The translations under genes were made by a program, and so were the position numbers. This document shows positions 1 through 12,749 of a stretch of 64,000 bases of DNA, piece after piece; the first letter of the stretch is position 1; each line of letters starts with the position of its first letter. The notes under the pieces are model-generated. The model saw only the letters and a list, made by a program, of their open reading frames with translations, was not told the DNA's origin and searched no databases. Location: positions 8,680,001 through 8,744,000 of the forward strand of contig OU015568.1 in assembly GCA_907165135.1 (NCBI GenBank), in the 5' to 3' direction. The DNA comes from Oikopleura dioica (taxonomy: Eukaryota > Animalia > Chordata).

Positions 1-38
1 AATGCAGTTTTCCCTAGAATATCTCTTGATTTGCCTAG

Positions 39-3000
39 AAAAGGAGGAGATGAAGATCTTTCCGCTATCATCGATCATATTCGTGGAGATATGGAGAAGG
101 AACGGCCGGATATTTCGGAGCGGGAAATCGAGCTAGAAGCAGAAAGACTCATCATTTCGGCAAAAGCCCAGGATATGCCTGCTCATGAGCTGATGATCTA
201 CCAAAAACGACCTCCTTTCTATTTGGCAGACTATGAGCTTGATCTTGGACCGGTTATTCTCGGTGATGTTCGAAAAGCACTCATTAGAATCGATAATTTC
301 GGAGACATGCCTGTTGCTTTTGCACCTGATGTACGGGAGTTGGATAATTTTGGCTTCTTTTGCGAAGTCTCTAGAATTGGGAAAATGGAGCCGGGTCATA
401 CCGTCTCAGTAGAAATCACATTCGATCCACGATCTGTTGACTTACCAGTTGGTCAAGTCGGTCCAGTATGTGTTCCTATTCAAATCGAGCGAGGACCGGT
501 AGTGAATCTTCATATAAAAGCTTTGGTTACAATGCCTAGACTTCTAGCCACTCTGGATAAACAAAACACTCCAGAGCCAAGAATCAACGTTGCTTTTGGC
601 GAGGTAGAATGTGGTCGAGTAAAAGTCGTGACTGTGCAACTCTACAATGAGCTGCAGGTTGAGTCATCCTGGAAATGGCAAAAGTACAAAGACAAGAGAT
701 TCTTCATTGATCCTCGACTTCCATTGCACCAGAAAAAGGCACTGAAAGAAGCTCAAAAGCCTCTCCCGCGAATCTTTCAAGTATTTCCAGAAGAAGGCAT
801 TCTAGCGCCGGGAGAACGATCTACAGTTCAGGTGGAATTCATGCCGACAGAAGAGAGCACTTTCGAAGAAAATCTTCTCATCTTTGTCGACAACTCAACC
901 CAACGAATGGAATTTAACGTCTCTGGCTCTGGAGTTTGTCCAAGTCTCATTTTCTCCAAATCACCGATTGAGCTCGGTCCCATTATGCCTGATTCTGCGG
1001 GAGCAACAGAAACTTTCAGCATCAAAAATAATTCAAAAGTCGAGGTGGAATTTTACTCGTTGGACTTTGATGAGAAATATTTGAAAGAAGAAGAGATGAT
1101 AAGAAATTTGGCCGAGAAGAACTTTAATGCATTCCAAAACGTAAGAATGCCGACTCGAAGACCCGGGCAGAGCTTACCCTTTATCGAATACATCAAAGAG
1201 GAGACTCCTCCTTCCGTTTCAGAAGACGACGAATTGATCAAAACTGAGCCTAAGGACCCTCTCGAGCTCGCGTTGGAGAAGCACTCTGGAATCGACAATT
1301 CGCCAGAAGGTCTTGCTGCGCGAAATCGACTTGGTTTCAGTGGAATTATCTGGGGAGCGCCGTTCAGTGGCAAGTCAACTTTGGCAAAGCAAATGTCTGA
1401 AAAATACGATACTGTTGTTGTAACCATCGATGAAATACTCGCGAGTGCAGTTCAGTCCCCTAAATCAGCTGCGAGCAAAACAGCTCGCGAAAAGTGCGAA
1501 GAAGAGTCAAGAAGATTGGAACAGGAAAGAATGAATGCATTGGAATCAGAAGATACGACAAAGGAAGCTCCTGCGTTGAGAGATGATGCCTCTGTGATGA
1601 CTATGAGAACCGGTGTCACTCAGAATACAAGCAAGCCGTCGAGAAGAGGAGGAAAGGTCAAGAATATCCCGGAAGAGCCAAAAGTCCAAAGCCTTCTTCC
1701 CCAGAAAAACATCGAGCGTCTCGAAAGCGAACTTACCGACGCTGCAGAAGCTAACCGCCCACTGGTCTCAACAGTTTTACCAGTCGATCTCGCCGCTGAA
1801 ATCATCTCAGAAAAACTTCAAGAAAAAGAATTCTACAAAGGAGTGATTTTCGACGGAATAGAGTCGAGTTTTCTGACAAAGCTCAAGGACAGCATGGAAG
1901 TTTTGCTGAAAGCACTTAACAATCGAAAACATCTTCGGGTGTTTCATTTGCCACTCACCATGGCAGATTACCTGGAAAGGGTTAAAAAAGCAAAGCGCAA
2001 AGCAGAAGAGGAAGAGGCAGAACGGGTCAGGAAGGAGATGGAAATGATCAGAGATATGACCGAGGACGAGTACGATGCGTTGCCAGAAGAAGAACAGAAA
2101 CGAATTGACAATATTCGGTAAATGAAAAGAATATTTTAAGGTGGTTTATTTTCAGACTTGCGAAAAAGAAAGAACGTATCGCTGAGGAAAAAAGAATTGC
2201 AGAGAAAAAGCGAGAAGAAGCCGAACGACTAGCTGAGCTCCAAGCAGAAAGCGCGAAGAAAAAAGGGAAGGGCTCAAAATTGCATCTCAATAAGAGCGAC
2301 TCGACGAAATCTTCAGGTAAAAATTGAAATGAAATTTCGATAAAAAATTGGAATTCTAACTTTAGCTCCGCGAGCTCGCTTAAATAGCCGACAAAGTAAG
2401 GAAAACTTAAAACTTGCGTCGGTGGTGGAGGAATCCTCTACCCACCGACGACATCGCTCTGAGACGGAAGTGGAGCGTAGCTCAGAGAGCGTACCGCGCG
2501 GCGCACTCGCCCGGGGCCAATCCACCCGCTCGCTATTCAGTGATACGCGCGCGCCATCTACTGGTAAACTTTAAATAGTTGCCATGAAAGAATATTTTTT
2601 TAAATTCGAATCAAAAATATTTCTGAAAGAAAATTTGGAGAATTTTCTTGTTCAGCTGTTTTTAGAAATAGCCATTTTGTTCTTTTTTTAGATGAGGCCC
2701 CATCTGGGAAGAAGGAGAAAAGTAAATGGAGTCAAGTTAAAACAGCGGTGGCTATTGCCGAGCCTGGTACTTTTAGCCCACTAGAAAAAAAACAACGATA
2801 TACTTTTCTTATAATATATTTTGACTAACCCCATTTTTCGCTTCTAACGATTTTTCCAACTGTTTCAAAATGCTAAACAAAACTTCAGGCCGAGTAACTG
2901 ACGATCAGCCAGGACTTAGTCGAGCCTCAAGTTCAATGGGAGAAAACAGGTACAGTCGAAGTCATCAAATTAAATTGCAAGTGTGAAACATTCACTAATA

Positions 3001-6000
3001 CTTTTCAACAGCACTGCACCACCACCAACACGGGATCGCGTTCTCTCTCGAGCCGAGAGTGTTGCTTCATCCCTGCATCTTGGGTAACCGATGCATGAAA
3101 AATTCTGATATTCATGATTTTTATTATTTACTGATTTTAAAATTTCAATGAAATTTTCTAATGAGCCTTTTTCATAATGTAGAAACCGTCTTGGCAAGAC
3201 GGTCTTGCCCACTTTGCTTTTCTGTAAGATTTCATGTTTAACTCTGATTTAGACGGAGAAAAGGCAGAAAAATCTCAGAACAAACTGATCTTCCTGAACA
3301 ATCACCAGCTGAAAAACTAATTGCGCTCCGCTTTTTCAATGCTGCTGAAACGCAACTTGAGCCGAGTGATAAAGTAGAGTGGATATTGAAATACTGGAAT
3401 ATGGTCGAACAAGATGTTATCTCACAAGTAAAACAGACTCAGGAAGATGAGTCGCCGAAGAAAGTGAAATCAAGATTAAAACCGGAAGAAATAAAAGCCG
3501 AGGAAGAAAGAATTGCGGCGGAGATTGAGAACGAATTGAAAAAGGAAGAAGTCGGCGTGATTATGATCGAAATTGAAGCCGAGTGCGAGCCCCCCTCGCT
3601 CGAAAAAATCTACGAACAGCTACCAACTGTTGAAGAAGTAGACGACGACCTAGGTCTTGGAGTAAACGGACCACCAATTCCTGAGCCTATCGAATTCACG
3701 GTCGTTCCAAAGCCGCAAAGACGCCAACCGCCTTATTACGACAAGCCGAAGTTCTTCGATCTAATTGCTTTGAATCAAGACGATCCAAATATCCACTCAG
3801 ATGATCGTATTCAAGAATCACTGACAGAATCAGTAATGACGGAAGCAAGTGACAAACCATCAAGCAGCTCAAAGAAAAATCGAGGTAAGGGAAGAGGCTC
3901 CAGCAATGCGAGCAGAGCAAAAACAGATCGCCCAACTCCATCGCCACTCCCGGAAGCAGAAACGCAGCCAGAAGACAAATTTTATCGACTGCAGGATTAT
4001 CGATGGGTCTTACAGCCAGGCGAAGAAGTGACGCTTAGGGTCAAGTTCGACTGCAACAAAGTCGGAACTATCGATCGAGAACTCTCATTCGAGACAGTTA
4101 GCACACGACAAGTCTTTAAAATAGCAGTCCGTGGAGTTTGCGTATTCCCAGACATTGTCAGAGATATCAAGAAAATCTTCATGCCACCCAAGTCAGTCGA
4201 AAGTTCAGATGGAATTGTCCGACCAGTCGGGACTCTTGTCGAAAAGAAAAAGAAAACAATCGTCAAATTTGAACCGGCGCTCATTGGGAAGATGGAATCG
4301 AAGGAAAAAGATTCTGGCGCTGCTAAGTTCAAAATTGTCAACTCTGGTCCCCTTGAATCTGAAGTTACATTTGCCATGAAAAAAGGAGACTCCGTTTTTA
4401 CACTTGAACCGTTCAACATGAATCTGGCTCCGTTTGAGAAGAAGATTTTGACAATAAATGCTTTCCCGAAATCTTCTGGAACTCACGATGACGCTCTTAT
4501 CGTCTGCGTGTCCGACAACCCTGTTCCTGCGATTTTCCCCGTTCAAGTAACCGGAGTACGCCCAGAAGTTCAAATATCATGGAACGGCGAAGGAAAACCA
4601 ATTAACTTTGGAAAAGTTCTGCTCCATCGTCTATCGAGTCAGATTTTGCATTTGTTCAATCCGACTGATCTCCCAATAAACTGGAGAATAGAAGGCTTGG
4701 ACAACCTGGGCGACGAATTCTCAAGAAATTGCGATTCGGGAACTATCAATCCGAAGGAAACTTTTGATTTCATCCTTGATTTCAGAGCGCTCAAAGCTCA
4801 GAACCACAAGCGAAACATACGCCTTGTCGTGAGCGATACTGACAATATCATCGGCGACTGTCAATCCGAAACGATTCCAGTTTTCGCAGAAGCTTACGAT
4901 GTAGCTATGGACATGAGCTTTCCAAAGGGCTGCGATGGCGGGCTAGAATTCGGCACAATCAAGGTTCATGATGAAATGAAGCAAGTTTGTACGTTGAAAA
5001 ATCGCGGGCGATATGAGATTTCGTTCAAATTTACTCTCGAAGATCATCTTTTCAACAGCGAACTGTCGCGCTTTTTCAAAATCATGCCGCAGCAGGGCTC
5101 TTTATTGCCCAACGATAGGCCGATGCAAGTAAACATCGTTTTCAACCCACCTGAAGAGTTCCACCTGGCTAATCTTCCGATAATCAAATGTCACGTGATA
5201 GAAGCAGTAATCGGCGAAACTATCGCAGCGATTCCGATCAAAGTTTCCGCTCGATCAGTGTTTTCTCAATATGTGATCACGCCTTCCAAAGATGTCAATT
5301 TCGGCCCAGTTCCGTATGGAAATCATAAACGAAGCTTTGAGATTGAAAATCATGGAGAATTCGATTTCAAGTTCGCTATTTCGAAACTGGTTAAACCTGG
5401 CTCTCCACCAAAGTCAGAGCGGCCGAAGAGAACCAAAGATTCGCGCCAGAGCTCCGCTCAGTCGAGAAGACCTGGTCAACTGACTAGAGAGCAGACACAA
5501 GTTATGAAGCTCGCTCATGGGCCTTTTATTATCTCACCTGGCTATGGAAATGTTCCGGTTGGAGGATCAATCGTCATCAATGTTGACTGCAATGTAGAGG
5601 CGTCAAAGAAATTCGAAGAATTCATCGCCATTGAAATCGCAGACAGAGATGTCCGTAAAAGCCCGGCAGGAATCAACTATAAACTGATTGCAGAAGGATG
5701 CCAGCCAGTTATTGACACAAAGAATATCGAAGCGATCTTTGAAGAACACAGAATTCTTCACTCAATCGAAGAAGCAATTCATTTGCCACTCTTTGACTTG
5801 CAATGTGGCATCTATGGCCAGATGGAGAGTCAGTTCAACTTTCCGTTTTCCACAGTCGGCGTTCCGAATTCCGTTCGCTTCAAGATCCTCAACCCTTCGA
5901 AACTACCCTGCGATTTCGTCGCTTCCGTTAAACCACTTATTCCAAAAGACAGACAACGGGTTTCAGACAGCTTCGAATTTGACCCACCACGGGGTCAAAT

Positions 6001-9000
6001 CACTCCACATGGAAGTGTTTTTGTAACAGTAACAGTCAAGCCAAAAGCAATTGGTGAATACTGCGCCCTATTTGAAGCGGCTGTGGAAGGCGCACCAAAA
6101 GCTAAGCCGTTGGTTTTTACGATGAAAGCTGAAGCTTACTTGCCGAGAGTAGAGCTTGTCCATCCTGCCGCAAACCCTACCGATGGTATGAGACGACTTA
6201 ATTTTAGAAATGCGATGATTGGAGAAATGACTTCAACAAACATACAGCTTCGAAACACTGGAAGACTCCCAGCAAGGGCACGGCTGGCGATTTCAGACTC
6301 ACCCGCATTCAAAATTATGGATAAAGAAGAAATCATCAATGAAAGAACTGATGTTTGTCTCAATCAAGGAGAGACGAAGATCCTTGAAGTGTTCTTCTGC
6401 CCTGCTGATATCGGCAACTTCGAAGCTGAGCTCGCCATGAAAATCATCAACAACGACTTTGAAATCAGCGAAGCTTTGCTTTTCGGCGAGTGTATTCAAC
6501 CTGACGTTATGTTGACAAATCTCCCGTCATTGCCTACTAATCTTCTTGGAAAATACTCGCAAGCTGCTCTTGATTTTGGTGGAATAGCAATAAACGAAAC
6601 GCAACGAAAGAGCTTCACGATTTCGAATAATCTCAATTCTGCAGTCCGATTTGAATGGGATGAGCATCACGCGATTTCGTTCGAGCCCTCTGTTGGGCAT
6701 ATTCCGGCTAAGTCGACCATTGACATTCTCGTCGCTCTGCAATCATCGGAAACGATCGAACTTGACGGCGATGTTGTGGAATGCACGATTTTACCGATTA
6801 TTTACGAGGAAGAAAGTAGTACGGTTCAATGGGATGACCGGCTCAAAATAATCAAATGGATCGACGGCAAAAACGCATCAGGAGGACGAACCAAGGAAAA
6901 AGTCATTGAAACAGAAGAAGAACCAAAATATGAAACAAATGGAGATGCTCGCGCTTTGCCAATTTATGTTTCTGGAATCGTCGATTATTCAAGACCAGAG
7001 CTAGAAATTGAAGAAGTCAACTTTTCGCAAGTCGAGTTGTTCAATCAAACGAGGAAAGAGATAACTCTCAAGAATACTGGCTCAACAATCGTTGATTTTA
7101 CTTTTGACTTGGTTGACAGAAACACGGGCGAGAGCCTTAGGCCTTCAACAGCTTCCAGATCGCATATTCACACAGCTGTGCCCTTCAACATGCGCGACCC
7201 AGTTTTCAGCCTCCATCCGGACTCCGGAAGGCTCAAGGAAGGCGAATCAATGCAGATCAGTGTCTTTTTCAATCCAACAGAAAAGAAAGATTATGATATG
7301 ACAGCATTTTGCCGCGTGCCGAACATGGAAAATTCTGGTGCTCTGACAATGGCTTTGAGTGGATCTGGATTCACACCGGGGGTGCAGTTCATGTTGCCTG
7401 AAGTTCACTCTCCTCATTTCAACAAACACAAGGTTTCTTTAGAAAGAATAAATGAAGAGCAACTTCTAGTAAAACTCGAGCCAGTTGGACTTGGAAAGAA
7501 ATACATCACTTCAATCTGGATCCTAAATTCTACCGGAGACGATCTTCCGTGGTCTCTAACAAAACGAATCGGAAACAATACGGATGCTGATGAATCTTTA
7601 GTGTGCAATACTCCGTCGGGTTCATTACTTTCAGGGCGCAAGCAAATCTTAAAGTTTGAATACTCGTCCAAAATCTCGAAAAAATCCATCGAGACTTGGA
7701 TCTTTAAAGCTGGCCACATCGAACAGGTCATCAGCGTCCAAGCAATGCCTCGAGAGCCAGTGCTGATCGTCGATACAACGCACATCTCTTTCCCAGATTT
7801 AATCGCCAATCATACGCAGAAGAAATCGTTCAAAATCGTCAACCCAGATCCCACCCCCGTCAAGTTCAAAATCAACGACGATCCAAAAGCAACTCAAGCT
7901 GCTGGCTGGGACTTACAGCTTTCCGAAAAATCTGGAATTATTCAGCCAAAAGAAAGTATCGAAGTCGAAGTGTCGGTGAGAACCAAATTCCCTGGTGAAC
8001 TCGCTCATCCTTTGAATATCCTTGTTGATGGCAAAATTTCACCATTGTCAGTTTACGTCAAGGCTTTTGCACATGAAATGTCGGTAAATATATCATCTCA
8101 TGAAGAAAACGGCATGTCGGTAATGTTCAACCCGAAAGTGAAAAATCCGATTAATTTCGGCGTCGTCGAAGTCAATACAAAAGTCATGCGAACGTTAAAA
8201 ATCAGCAATCAGTCCGAACATGCGGTAGCCATCGATATCAATTTGCCAAAGAAATTCAGAAGACAGGTTCAACTAGCGTTTCAAAATGATCTTGTCATAC
8301 CTCCACTCGAGACTGTTGAGGGCATTCTCACCTACTCCCCAACGCGACCTGGAAGCACTTTGGACGGGTGTGATTTGAAAATTCAAGTTCAATTTGGAGA
8401 GACTTTCAATATCGCTGTTCGAGGGTCCGCTCGTTGCCCACCCGTTCTTTTTAATCCTTCTCAACTTGACTTTGGGTCTCGGTTCATTTACGAACCGGGT
8501 ATGCCAACTTACAAAACACAGATCCAAATTTCCAACCCCTCCGATCAACAGATCTCCTTAGACTTGGCCAAGTCAGAAGCTTCATCATGGATTGAGGTTG
8601 ATTTCAAACCGATCGTTTTGGAGCCAAAGAAGTCAACGAACGTTTTTGTGTCTTTTAAGCCAAAAGCTGCCCAAGAGTTTTCCGAAGAAATCGTTTTCAT
8701 CGTCAATGGAGCTTCAGAATTCAAATTACCGGTGACTGGTACTGGTGTGAATCTTTCTATCGGATTGAAAACGAAGCTCAAAGACAGCGAACTCAAACTT
8801 GGAGCGCGTCAGCTTGGTGCGATTGCTAGAAAGAAATTAACAATAGTGAATAGATCCGTTGTTCCTGTCGACTTTCATCTGCAGATGAATTCAAAAGAAG
8901 AAGTTCTTCAAGACTCGAGAACATTCTACCTTACTGGGTTCATTCCAGGAGAGGCGATTCATCTGGAACCTCGAAAAACAAGAGAGATAGAGGTGGTATT

Positions 9001-10988
9001 CGCACCAAAAACCCGCATCCAGCAGTTCAAGACTGATATAATCCTCGAAGCTTACGGTCAACTGAAGAAGCTTGTCACTGTCTCCGGAAGCTGCGTTGCG
9101 CGTTCGATGGAGCTTGACTTGGACGCGATTCCCTTCGGTCCGATTATTCAAGGATCGACAAGTGAAAAACGAGTCATGATTAAAAATACGGGCGATATTG
9201 GTGCAAGCTTCAAGTGGGACACTGCAGCTCTGGGCAAATATTTCACCATCAGTCCTGCTAAAGGATATCTTTCTCCAGGAACTCAACAGCCTCTGGTCGT
9301 TGTTTTTGCACCCAAGAATGTCAGTAGAGATGTTCGCGCAGAACGAGTCAGATGCGAAATCGAAGGTCTTTCACAGCCGCTACAGTTGACTCTTACAGGC
9401 AGTTCTCTTCCACCAACACTGACAAAAGATGCTCCAATTATTTTCAACGCTACAGTGCGTACAAGCGATACGAAATCAATCACTCTTAAAAACCCAACGA
9501 ATCAACGCTGGTCAGTGCGAGTTCAACTTCGCGGTGCTTACGCTCACTTCTGGCAGCCTGAAAGCGATCTGCTTATCATCGAGCCTCAGCTGCAGCGATC
9601 GATGAATTTTACCTACACTCCGATGGAAATGACAAGTTCAAGTCACAAGCACGAGGCGAATCTGTTCTTTCAACTTCCAGATGGCCAAGGGCAAGCGTAC
9701 GTTTTTCAGGGAATTTCCGAGCCTCCGAAACTTATTAATCTTCCACAGCGGGATATTCCGGCAAAATGCGCTTACGAAGAAAAGATCAGGGTCGAAAACT
9801 GGCTGAAGAAAACACAACGCTTGGCTGTTGAAATCGAGCCCATCAAGCCAGAGAAATTCGATGCGAGCCTTGTTGTTGATGGCAAAAATCACATTGACCT
9901 TGGATCGCTAGAAACACGAGCTTATACTCTCAGAGTCAGTTCTTTCAAAGAAGGCCTGGTCTCTGCGAAGGTCACCTTTAGGAATCCGTCCACTGGAGAG
10001 TTTATCGCGTATCAGGTCAACTTCAAATTCACTCAGCCAAAGCCGCAGTCTGAAACGATTAAGCTTTCATCCCAAGTGCGCCAGCTTGTTTCCCACACAG
10101 TTTCAATACCCAATCCTCTTCCGAAAGAGGTCGTGTTTACTTGGGATAGCAAATTAGCGGATATCATCGTTCCACCGACTTTCCACGTGCCTCCACTTTC
10201 CACCGGCTCCTGCACTTTTGACTATCAACCGTTGAAAACAGGCCAAACAGAAGGAACAATCACCTGTTTTACACCGGAACTAGGTGCGTTCCACTTCCCA
10301 CTCTTGCTCACCGCGAAACTCGCTGATCCAGAACCAGTCGTTTCCTTCTCTGCGCCGCTTGGAAGCTCACAGACCAAGACGATCCGCATCCGATCCTACA
10401 CACGGCAGAAGACCGACTTCATCATCAAATGCTCCTCTCCTCAGTTTATGCATGAAAAGTCTGTGTCCGCGCCGCAATCGCCACCAAACGGGACCGAGAT
10501 CACCTTCGAAGTGACCTTTGAACCGACTCAAATAGGTCGCCAAAATTGTTACATAACGTTGAATTCGAACGCAGGAGGCGAGTACGAAATCCCGCTGGTG
10601 TCGGAATGCACGGTGCCCCAACCCCTCGGGCCGTTTTCCCTCAGGGCAAAGACGCAAATTCCCATTTCCTTTAAAAATGTCTTTGCGGAAAGTGTTGAAT
10701 TCCACTTTGCCACTGCTAATGGATTGTTTACCGTGAACAAGAAGAAAGAAACGATCAAGTCGAAAAAGGTGAGTCTTCCTTGATTTCTGGAGCCGCGCCA
10801 GGGCTCTCATTAACATCCTTTCAATGCGCTTACTGTAATTATCTCTATTCTAGTCGTTTTCACTACTGGTTGGATTCGAGGGAAGTCCAACTGATGAAAT
10901 CGTAACTTCAAAATTGATCATTACGAGGAAAGACATGCCCGGAATCGCCTGGGAAATGTATCTAAGAGGATCAAATGAGAAAATCTAA
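39..10988 (+). CDS. HYDIN: HYDIN central-pair axonemal protein, 3' part (5' exons lie before the window)
   Basis: ORFs 31-2121 and 3386-10783 encode repeated ASH/Ig-like (PapD-like) beta domains, an adenylate-kinase-like P-loop (GAPFSGKST) and a charged coiled region. Acceptor TAG at 36-38. Several short GT-AG exons at about 2156-3225. Last intron 10769-10853, final exon ...WEMYLRGSNEKI*, stop 10986-10988, AATAAA near 11085. Confidence 0.92.
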
Positions 10989-11185
10989 AGAAGGATCAAT
11001 CTTCTTTGTCTGATGTTTCTGTAAATACTGTAACTGCTCCTGTACTATCTGTAACATGAAAAAATATTTATTTTTAAAAGCGTTAATAAACCTATTTTCA
11101 TATGACAAATCATTGATGAACATCTCCATCGTCGATCAGCCGACCTGTTTTCGTGATGATTTTTACGAGTGCCCATTCAGGTTAA

Positions 11186-11716
11186 CCGCATGGGACAGAT
11201 CGGGGGATAAAGGCGCTCGGACAGAAGGTGTATTCCACTGCACTTAAGAAAACTACTGATTGGATAAACTTGAAAATTATACCCAATACTAATTTCGGGG
11301 TGTAGATTTCAAATCTGCTTTCAAAATTTTCATATCTCTTTTCCTTATTGCAGAAAAAATCCCATTTTTATATGGGTGAATTCAAAAAATATCTCTTACT
11401 TAGATTTCTCGACAAGGTAAAGTCAATATTTGAAATCAGTAGTCTCGAAAACATATAAAAGCCCTTTTAGTACAAGAAATTCTTGATATTGGTTCGGTTT
11501 CAATGTGCAAACACTCAGCGGGAGGGCAATTAGGCCGCATATAATCCGGTGCAGAGGGCGGTCGGTATCCGATAATTCCTTGAAACTTGGCAGACATGCT
11601 CCAATAAAGTGAAGGAACAACCATTTTAATTTTCATCTAATTTGGACAATTCGTTCGGAAGTTATTTAGCTGAAAAGTCCTTAAGTGCAGTGGAATACAC
11701 CTTCTGTCCCATGCGG
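11186..11716. mobile_element. Non-autonomous MITE with TTAA target duplication (piggyBac-like)
   Basis: TTAA at 11182-11185 and 11717-11720. 37-bp terminal inverted repeat CCGCATGGGACAGAAGGTGTATTCCACTGCACTTAAG; the left copy is interrupted by a 26-nt insertion at 11200-11225. Confidence 0.75.
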
Positions 11717-12720
11717 TTAAGAATTAACCCACTAACTCCATCGTGATGGAATCTGGCGCCCTGCGCCACGTGCTGAGTGGATCGATCCCTCTTCAAGCCG
11801 CTCCTGCTAACGGTTCAGAAAAAACGCGTCAGATCTAAAAAAAGAAGATCGAAAAAATAAGAAATTTTTAAAAAACCCAACTTTTCAAAAAAGAGGTAAG
11901 AAATGGCATTTGTAAAAAAATCAATTGAAATTCTCTGATTTGTCAGATTTTATTTTGGCACGCGGAAAATAAGACAAAAAAGCGAAAGTTTTTCGAGAAC
12001 AAAGAGAGAATTTTTTAGTAAATGCTGTTGAGGTTCGTAAATTTCTAGATATTCTGGGGACTTCATACATTTCAAATTCAAGGGCGCTAGAATATTTCTT
12101 CAATAGCGAAGGTGTTTTATGTTGAGAGAAAAGATCGACTATAAATCGAGTATTTTCTACAAAAAGTGTTGATTCGAAGATCAATTTATTTTCTCAATTG
12201 ACGATGATGGTCTTCTTATCGACCCTTTTTGTAAGAATTTTACTCTAAAATTTGCGTTTTAGAAAAATTCCAAGCTCGTGACTCGTAGCAAAATCTGTCG
12301 GTAAACTGTCAACCGTTCTAAAAAGTCTTGATTTCGCGCCGAAAGCCTTTCTTTCTATTCGAAAATGACGATTTGGCGGGCTTTCTAGCGACGAAATAAG
12401 GCGCATTTTTGTGGCGCGCGCGCACTTTCTGCTTTTTTTTAATTTCAATTTTTCCTTTTTTTCAAACTCTCTTTTCTCAACTCGAACAATTCTTATCTCA
12501 GAATTCAAATTTGGATCCTAGAGAGCCCAACAGTCTGATCTTCAAAATTTTGAGCCAGAGATATTGATACAATATCCGAGTTACTGTACCTAGGCAAATA
12601 AGAGAGAATGATCAATATTTACTGTATAAACTCAAGTTCGGATTTTTTCCTTTTGAGTTAATTTATTAAAAGCATTGAACTTGCATTTTGTCAGCTGAAA
12701 ATCTAACTGTAAATCTAAAT

Positions 12721-12733
12721 ACTGTCCTTTTAG
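12721..12733 (+). promoter_or_regulatory. Acceptor-like site 16 nt upstream of the kinase ATG (candidate SL trans-splice or 5'UTR acceptor)
   Basis: ACTGTCCTTTTAG immediately before the ATG at 12750. Similar sites precede GET1 (15590-15597) and WDR19 (16289-16295). Confidence 0.45.
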
Positions 12734-12749
12734 AAGCACTTTACGGAGC

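Noticed and set aside
2551-2564. CTCF-like motif GCGCCATCTACTGG in a GC-rich patch of HYDIN
   Set aside because: It lies at the end of an in-frame HYDIN exon (about 2365-2563, ...DTRAPST|G), which explains the GC content.
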